From the NCBI GenBank assembly GCA_041394345.1, contig JAWKIN010000003.1, positions 62,737-126,736 on the forward strand: a stretch of DNA of 64,000 nucleotides, given 5' to 3'. Position numbers and translations under genes: made by a program. Positions 59,417 through 64,000 of this stretch are shown here, in pieces (position 1 is the stretch's first letter; every line of letters begins with the position of its first letter). Below the pieces are notes generated by a model, which was not told where the DNA came from, ran no database searches, and worked only from the letters and a program-made list of their open reading frames with translations. Origin of the DNA: Acidimicrobiales bacterium (GTDB taxonomy: Bacteria; Actinomycetota; Acidimicrobiia; Acidimicrobiales; SZUA-35).

Positions 59417-60180
59417 TCAGTCGGTGGAGTCCGAGGCGATCTCAGACGATCGCTGCCGGACAAGCTTGCGAAGGAGGTGAAGGTAGGCGCCAGCTCCAAG
59501 AATGGTGAAGGTGAGTCGTGCGCGGCGTACGAGAAGTAGGTGCCATTCGTCAAGGGGGGTAGCTCAAGCGCCTCAGGCACCACGTCGGCCGCGCCCACCT
59601 CAGGGAGCGGCACCTCGGTCGGCTCAAACTGGACCCACGCCGAAACGGCATTGATGCCAAATCGGTCGGCGAGCAGTGCCACGTCCGGGCGAGGAACCCG
59701 CTCACCGGTTCCCGTATCGGTCGCACCAGGCGCCATCCTTCACGCCTCGATATCCGCCACGGAACCAGCCGTCGAGATGTGTGGGATCAAGTGGCGGGCA
59801 GTCACCTCGTCGCGCAGGATGAAGCCACGGTTGACGAGAACATCCTCGCCATCGTCGGTCACGAAATGCGCCCACGACCAGTCGCCAGCGACGCCGTCGA
59901 GCGAACGGTTGGCCACTCGGGTCAGCTCGTCCTCGACATAGTGACCAGTGTCGGACACCGGCTGGAAGGCGATCTCGTCTGGCGCCAGGTCATGAATCTC
60001 ACTGATCGGCACCGGCGCCAGCTGTGCTCGGGCCTCAACGAGCGCATTCGGCGTCTTTTTCTCGTCGAGCCGGCGGAGCTGCCAAACGGCCCAAACGAAC
60101 GCAATAGCGCCAACAAACAAATGAGACAACAACCATTTCGGCCGGAGGAGGAAACGCCAGTCGCCAATCACAACGGCCAA
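59417..60180 (-). pseudogene. SURF1-family cytochrome oxidase assembly protein (in-frame TGA at 59740 plus a 3' frame change)
   Basis: ORF 59740..60180 carries RPKWLLSHLFVGAIAFVWAVWQLRRLDEKK...DVLVNRGFI. ORF 59389..59736 continues in the same frame (...VALLADRFGINAVSAWVQFEP...LPPL). The tail ...LSYA-like/TM segment and the stop at 59417 are in another frame. Confidence 0.7.
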
Positions 60181-60294
60181 GGCTAGTGGCCGGGAGCAGA
60201 CTTAGCGTGTCGAGGCGGCGCACTCGCATGTGCCAGGGTCAACAGTCACGTGGCGCCAACCCGCTGACCACAATTCGCCGTACCCTACTCCCCT

Positions 60295-60897
60295 ATGAAA
60301 CTCGAGTATCAGGTCGACCCGCCATCCTGGCTCGGGCGTCTCGTCGTCGGTCTCATCGCGGTGTCATTCGTGGCCGCGTGGGCCAGCAGTCTGCTACTCG
60401 CCAACTTCATCGACCAGCACCCGCTCGCCCTGATTGGTCTGGGACCAAGCGATCGCAACCTTGCGCTGACCGTCAACGAGGTCGACCGGGTCTGGTACTA
60501 CGTGGTTGGGCTCACCCGCCACCTGTCGACCGACCCGTTATTTTATCTCGTTGGCTATTGGTACGGCGACAATGCGGTGGCGTGGGTGGCCAAGCGAAGC
60601 AAGTCGTTTGGTGAGTCCGCCGACGAGATCATCCCCCAGTTTCGGAGGTGGTCCTGGGCAGCCGTCTTCCTCATGCCGTTCAACATTGTTTGCCTGCTGG
60701 CCGGGGCCGCTGGCTTGCGCTTCCGCACGTTCCTCGCCGTCAACATCACTTGACGCCTGACCCGCTTGTTTGTGATCTCGCAGTTTGCGTCGTTTTTCGA
60801 CGGCCAGATCTCGGGCGTCGGTGAGTTCATCATCGAAACCGTGTGCCCGTGTTCGTGGTCAGTCTTGTGCTTGTCGGCTGGACCATCTATGGGGTAG
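60295..60897 (+). pseudogene. VTT/DedA-like (SNARE-associated) membrane protein (in-frame TGA at 60751; 3' end uncertain)
   Basis: ORF 60295..60753 carries ...LIGLGPSDRNLALTV...DPLFYLVGYWYGDNAVAWV...VFLMPFNIVCLLAGAAGLRFRTFLAVNIT. Reading through the TGA gives RLTRLFVISQFASFFDGQI.... Confidence 0.5.
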
Positions 60898-60964
60898 CAC
60901 CGATAGATCCCAGCTCAAGAGCTCGGCGACCTGTCAAACGAGGACGGCACCCACAACCGCCGCT

Positions 60965-61012
60965 CGGGGTCAGACCCCGCGCTGCGATATGCGCGTACGG
61001 GGTCTGACCCCG
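60965..61012. terminator. 15-bp perfect inverted repeat CGGGGTCAGACCCCG-N18-CGGGGTCTGACCCCG (bidirectional terminator candidate)
   Basis: The arms are at 60965-60979 and 60998-61012. Each arm is itself a near-palindrome. It lies between convergent genes. Confidence 0.5.
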
Positions 61013-61021
61013 AAGCGCGGT

Positions 61022-62174
61022 TTAGGACAGGGCTTGGGCGAAATCGGCGATGATGTCGGCGGTCTCTTCGAGCCCGCACGACACGCGGATCGTGCCGGGC
61101 CCGATAAGCGCTTCGGCCTGCTCGTCAGGGTCGAGCGCCGCGTGGTGGTGGACGCCGGGTGTGTAACCAGCGTCTCCGGACCGCCAAGCGAGGTGGCATG
61201 GCGCGCCAGCGCGAGGCCTTCGACAAGCGTTCGCCAGCGGCGGCTTCGCCGCCGGCAAGATCGAAGGTAACAAGCCCGCCAAACGACGTTAGCTGACGCT
61301 TGGCCAACTCGTGCTGAGGATGGCTTGGCAGGCCGGGATAGCACGTCGCCGACACCTCGGGTCGGGCCGACAAGAACTCGGCCAGCGCGGCTGCGGTGGC
61401 CGATTGCTGTAGCCGAACCGGCAGGGTCCGCAATCCACGGAGGCCGCTGGTGGCATCGTGCCACCGGCGATGCGGTTGCCCAGCGCAGCACCGTCCCGAT
61501 ATCAATCGATGGTCGCGCGCTCACCCGTCACCACGCCGAGCTTCGCCGTCATTGTGCCCCGCTATCGCCTTCGTGGCCGCACGTCGGATGACGAGATCAA
61601 TGCCCGTGCCGGTGTGGCTGCTGGCCGAGCGGTGTCGCCAACGTCCCGAGTCGAGCACCTTGAACGGCCTTACGATTGAGCCGAGTTCGTCGAGGTCGAC
61701 CAGATCGAGACGGGGTTTGCTGGGCTCTCGGCCAGAATGACGTTGGTCCGGCCCGGTATCACCGCCCGAGCGTCGCACCTGGTTCGGTGCCGTCGACCCA
61801 CGTCACGTCGATACCAAATCGGGCACACGGCCCCTGCAACAGCTGCCGTGTACCGCCGAGATCTGTCGTGTGGCGACCACATGGCCGCCCGTTGAGCACA
61901 GCGCCAGCACCACGGCAGAAATGGCTCCCATCCAGGAACCAAAACGCCCGGGCAGACTCAGCGCCTTCGAGTTCGGCCATCGCGTCTTCAGATGCCGCCA
62001 CGCTGGGACTGCCGTATCGACTATAGAAGCGTTCCGACCGGGGCGAGAGCGCCATCTTGCGGGCGCTTGCGATTGACGGCTGCTCGTAGGTTGTCGAGTT
62101 CAGGATAGCGCCAGCTGGTCATCCGCTCAGCTGCGCCAACTCGTGATGGCAACGGTTGCCTGGCTCAGCGCCAT
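61022..62174 (-). pseudogene. Cys/Met-metabolism PLP-dependent enzyme (cystathionine gamma-synthase / O-acylhomoserine sulfhydrylase family; at least 4 frame changes)
   Basis: From ATG 62174: MALSQATVAI..., then ILNSTTYEQPS...FYSRYGSPSVAASEDAMAELEGAESA (ORF 61759..). YPGLPSHPQHELAKRQLTSFGGLVTFDLAGG is in ORF 61125... The C-terminus GTIRVSCGLEETADIIADFAQALS is in ORF 61022... Confidence 0.75.
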
Positions 62175-62289
62175 AGTGCCAGCGGCGGCCGCTTCAGGTG
62201 TTGACCTTTGGTCTGATTGCTGGGAATCCTCGATTACTGGACACCCAGAACGAACCTTGTTTGCTGATAAGCCAGCCGCATCGCTCAGC

Positions 62290-62365
62290 AAGTCCGAGCC
62301 TGGCACCTTGGGTGTCCGTCCTAGGTTGCCGGACCTCAGGAGAGAGTCACTCTGAATGCTTGCAC
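62290..62365 (-). ncRNA. Candidate SAM-I-clan (SAM-I / SAM-IV-like) riboswitch core in the leader of the Cys/Met PLP enzyme gene
   Basis: The minus strand reads ...CAUUCAGAGUG-ACUCUCUCCUGAGGU-CCGGCAACC-UAGGACGGACACCC-AAGGUGCCAGG-CUCGGACUUGCUGAGCG-AUGC.... It has the GAGUG / CCGGCAACC / AAGGUGCC elements in the order seen in SAM-I and SAM-IV aptamers. It lies 120-190 nt upstream of the ATG. I could not build a convincing P1. Confidence 0.4.
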
Positions 62366-62805
62366 GGCATCGTAGCGCCCAGGCGGACGGACGCAACCCA
62401 AACCTCGCGCGTGGTTTAGCAGCACCCGAATCGCTGACCGCCCTGCCGGCGGTTGGGGTGGCGATGGCGGCAATGGTGGCGGCGCGCCGCCACGGTCGGA
62501 TCGGGGCGTGGTTCGAGGATCGCGGCCACGACCGCGGCCAAGCTGACGCAGTAGTCACGGCCTACCGCGTCGAACCGACGGCGGACGTTGACCTGCCGCA
62601 ATGCCGTCGAGGTTTGATCGAGTGTCTTCTCGACCGATGCCACCGACGAGTGGTAGACGCCACGACTCGTGAGCAGGCCCGCTCAAGCACAACGGGAAGA
62701 CCGATTAGCACGAGTGGACTGACGTGCGGCCACCGCCGACACGGCTATCGCCCCACCGGCACCAACTGCTCCTCCGCCAAGCCAGGGCGTTCCGGCGTCG
62801 GTCGC

Positions 62806-63293
62806 TTACGTCAACGACCAGACAGATCGCGCCATCGCCGACATCGACCACGGCGCCGCGGACCGCCTTCGCCTTGCCCAGTCCACCCAGCCCTTGGACC
62901 GAGCGCAGCCCTCGACCAAGCTTGCCGACAACGTCGGTTCGGCGATCGGCGACATAGAGACCGTCGCCCGCTCGTCGAGCACGAAGGCCATTGGCCCGAC
63001 TCCAGCCAGTCCGAGGAGCTGTGCTTCAAGCTCGACCTCATCCTCGTGCCACTCGATTGCCAACAAGCTCCGATGGCCCGATAAGTCGATCGAGGATGTT
63101 TCGATCCTGATCGACTCGTGCCGTCTTTCGGCCAGCGCCAGCGCCAATGCGTCAAGCGGTAGACCGACCTCGTTCGCTATCTCGGCGAGTTCGGTGTCCG
63201 GAAGCCGGTGCTCATAGGCCAATGGGGTGCCGCGGCCGCCAGCTCGAACGCGCGCCGAAGCACCTGTTCGTTGGCCGAGGCACCGTCAGCCAT
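62806..63293 (-). pseudogene. Hypothetical protein (frame change near 63225; 3' part unclear)
   Basis: ATG 63293 opens MADGASANEQVLRRAFELA... and joins ORF 62806..63222 (YEHRLPDTELAEIANEVGLPLDALALALAERRHESIRIETSSIDLSGHRSLLAIEWHEDEVELEAQLLG...). I recognise no family. Confidence 0.3.
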
Positions 63294-63329
63294 TAGATAC
63301 CCATGACCTGATCGAGTCCGACCGGTAAG

Positions 63330-64000
63330 CTACGGCGTATCACCAATGCGCTTCGCCGCCAGCAGGACACCCGGCATGAACGAGTCACGGTCGATCGAGT
63401 CGTGCTTGATCGTGAGCGTCTGTCCCGCCGTGCCGAGGACCACGACCTGATGCGCTACTGCGCCCCGCATGCGCACCGAATGAATCGGAATACCAGCTGG
63501 CCCGTCCGCTCCCCTGGCTCCGTCAATCGTAAAGGACTCGGTCGGATCGGCGGCCCAATCGCTTGAGGCCAACGCCATCCGTTCGGCGGTGGCCACAGCC
63601 GTTCCAGACGGGGCGTCTACTTTCGCGTCGTGATGGGTCTCGATGATTTCTGCCGTATCGAAGAACGGCGCAGCGAGCTCGACGAAACGCATCATGAGCA
63701 CGGCACCGATCGCGAAGTTTGGCTTGTGATCAGGCAGTTGGAGCCAGTGAACTGCTTGGCGATCGCCGCGTGATCGGACTCGACGAAGCCCGAGGTACCG
63801 ACGACGAGGTGAATGTTGTTGGCTGCGCAGAACTCGATGTTTTCGCGCGTGGCCGCAATATGGGTGAAGTCGATAACGACGTCGACCTCGGCCCCGCCCT
63901 AAACGCGTCCTTCAGACGCTGGACACCCGCAAAGCTGCAGTCGACCACCCCGGTACCTCGCAGATATCGATGCCATCAAACGTTGGGTCGACGGCGGCGA
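63330..64000 (-). pseudogene. dapB: 4-Hydroxy-tetrahydrodipicolinate reductase DapB (partial at window edge; frame changes)
   Basis: ORF 63330..63701 carries ...EIIETHHDAKVDAPSGTAVATAERMA...IHSVRMRGAVAHQVVVLGTAGQTLTIKHDSIDRDSFMPGVLLA. Upstream frames give VVIDFTHIAATRENIEFCAANNIHLVVGTSGF and AAVDP.... Confidence 0.9.

Noticed and set aside
8583-60753. TGA recoding (Trp/Gly/Sec) suggested by three in-frame TGAs
   Set aside because: TGA is the normal stop of many intact genes in the same window (for example the guaB3-like gene, gnd and cinA). I noticed no SECIS-like context, and the window has a high error rate.
62356-63084. 242-aa plus-strand ORF and other long Arg-rich ORFs (e.g. 17542..18654, 27433..28137, 40773..41645 N-terminal part, 44815..45750, 50209..51135)
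   Set aside because: Their composition (runs of R, P, S, A) and their position antisense or out of frame to recognisable genes mark them as GC-driven spurious ORFs.
3716-63701. Reading the widespread frameshifts as genuine genome decay (an obligate symbiont or M. leprae-like state)
   Set aside because: The fragments keep near-perfect family motifs, essential single-copy genes (recA, ftsK, nrdJ, dapA/B, rnj) are all hit, and lesions are 1-2 nt losses at a roughly uniform density. This pattern fits sequencing or assembly error far better. It cannot be settled without reads.

Overview
This is a 64 kb high-GC chromosome segment of actinobacterial type. That assignment is an inference from three things: CGAAC-N4-GTTCG SOS boxes, an ino1 gene, and gene order. 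The backbone follows the conserved actinobacterial order nrdR / LysM gene / lexA ... hflX-dapF-miaA ... miaB ... recA ... cinA-pgsA ... ftsK ... rnj-dapA ... dapB, almost all on the minus strand.

Other genes sit between these: class II ribonucleotide reductase nrdJ, hrpB, dapE and dapC, a soxR plus glyoxalase-family pair, ino1 with a divergent LysR regulator, azlCD, a compact gnd-zwf-ROK kinase-pgl pentose-phosphate cluster, rimO, a GGDEF protein, and a large secreted repeat protein.

The left 3.7 kb is accessory DNA. It holds the start of an IS256-family transposase gene running off the window edge, an ArdA-like antirestriction gene, an intact IS3-family element at its 5' end, a small-ORF cassette and an XRE-like gene. 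An array of GTGAC repeats lies next to nrdJ.

The dominant technical feature is that more than half of the recognisable genes, including essential ones, need one or more frame changes to be read. I interpret this as indel errors in the assembly rather than biology. Such genes are typed 'pseudogene' below, meaning only 'frameshifted as sequenced'.

The most interesting items:
- the mobile-element remnant beside nrdJ
- the unusually long, structured nrdJ leader (NrdR box, hairpin with T-tract, ACGTCAC repeats)
- a palindromic REP-like repeat family bracketing the soxR/VOC pair, together with a textbook SoxR-type promoter
- four SOS boxes between lexA and the LysM gene
- a candidate SAM-I-clan riboswitch upstream of a Cys/Met PLP enzyme gene
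- several short in-phase tandem repeats

I saw no rRNA, tRNA or CRISPR array. I cannot point to a clearly novel multi-gene system; the candidates are listed with their caveats.
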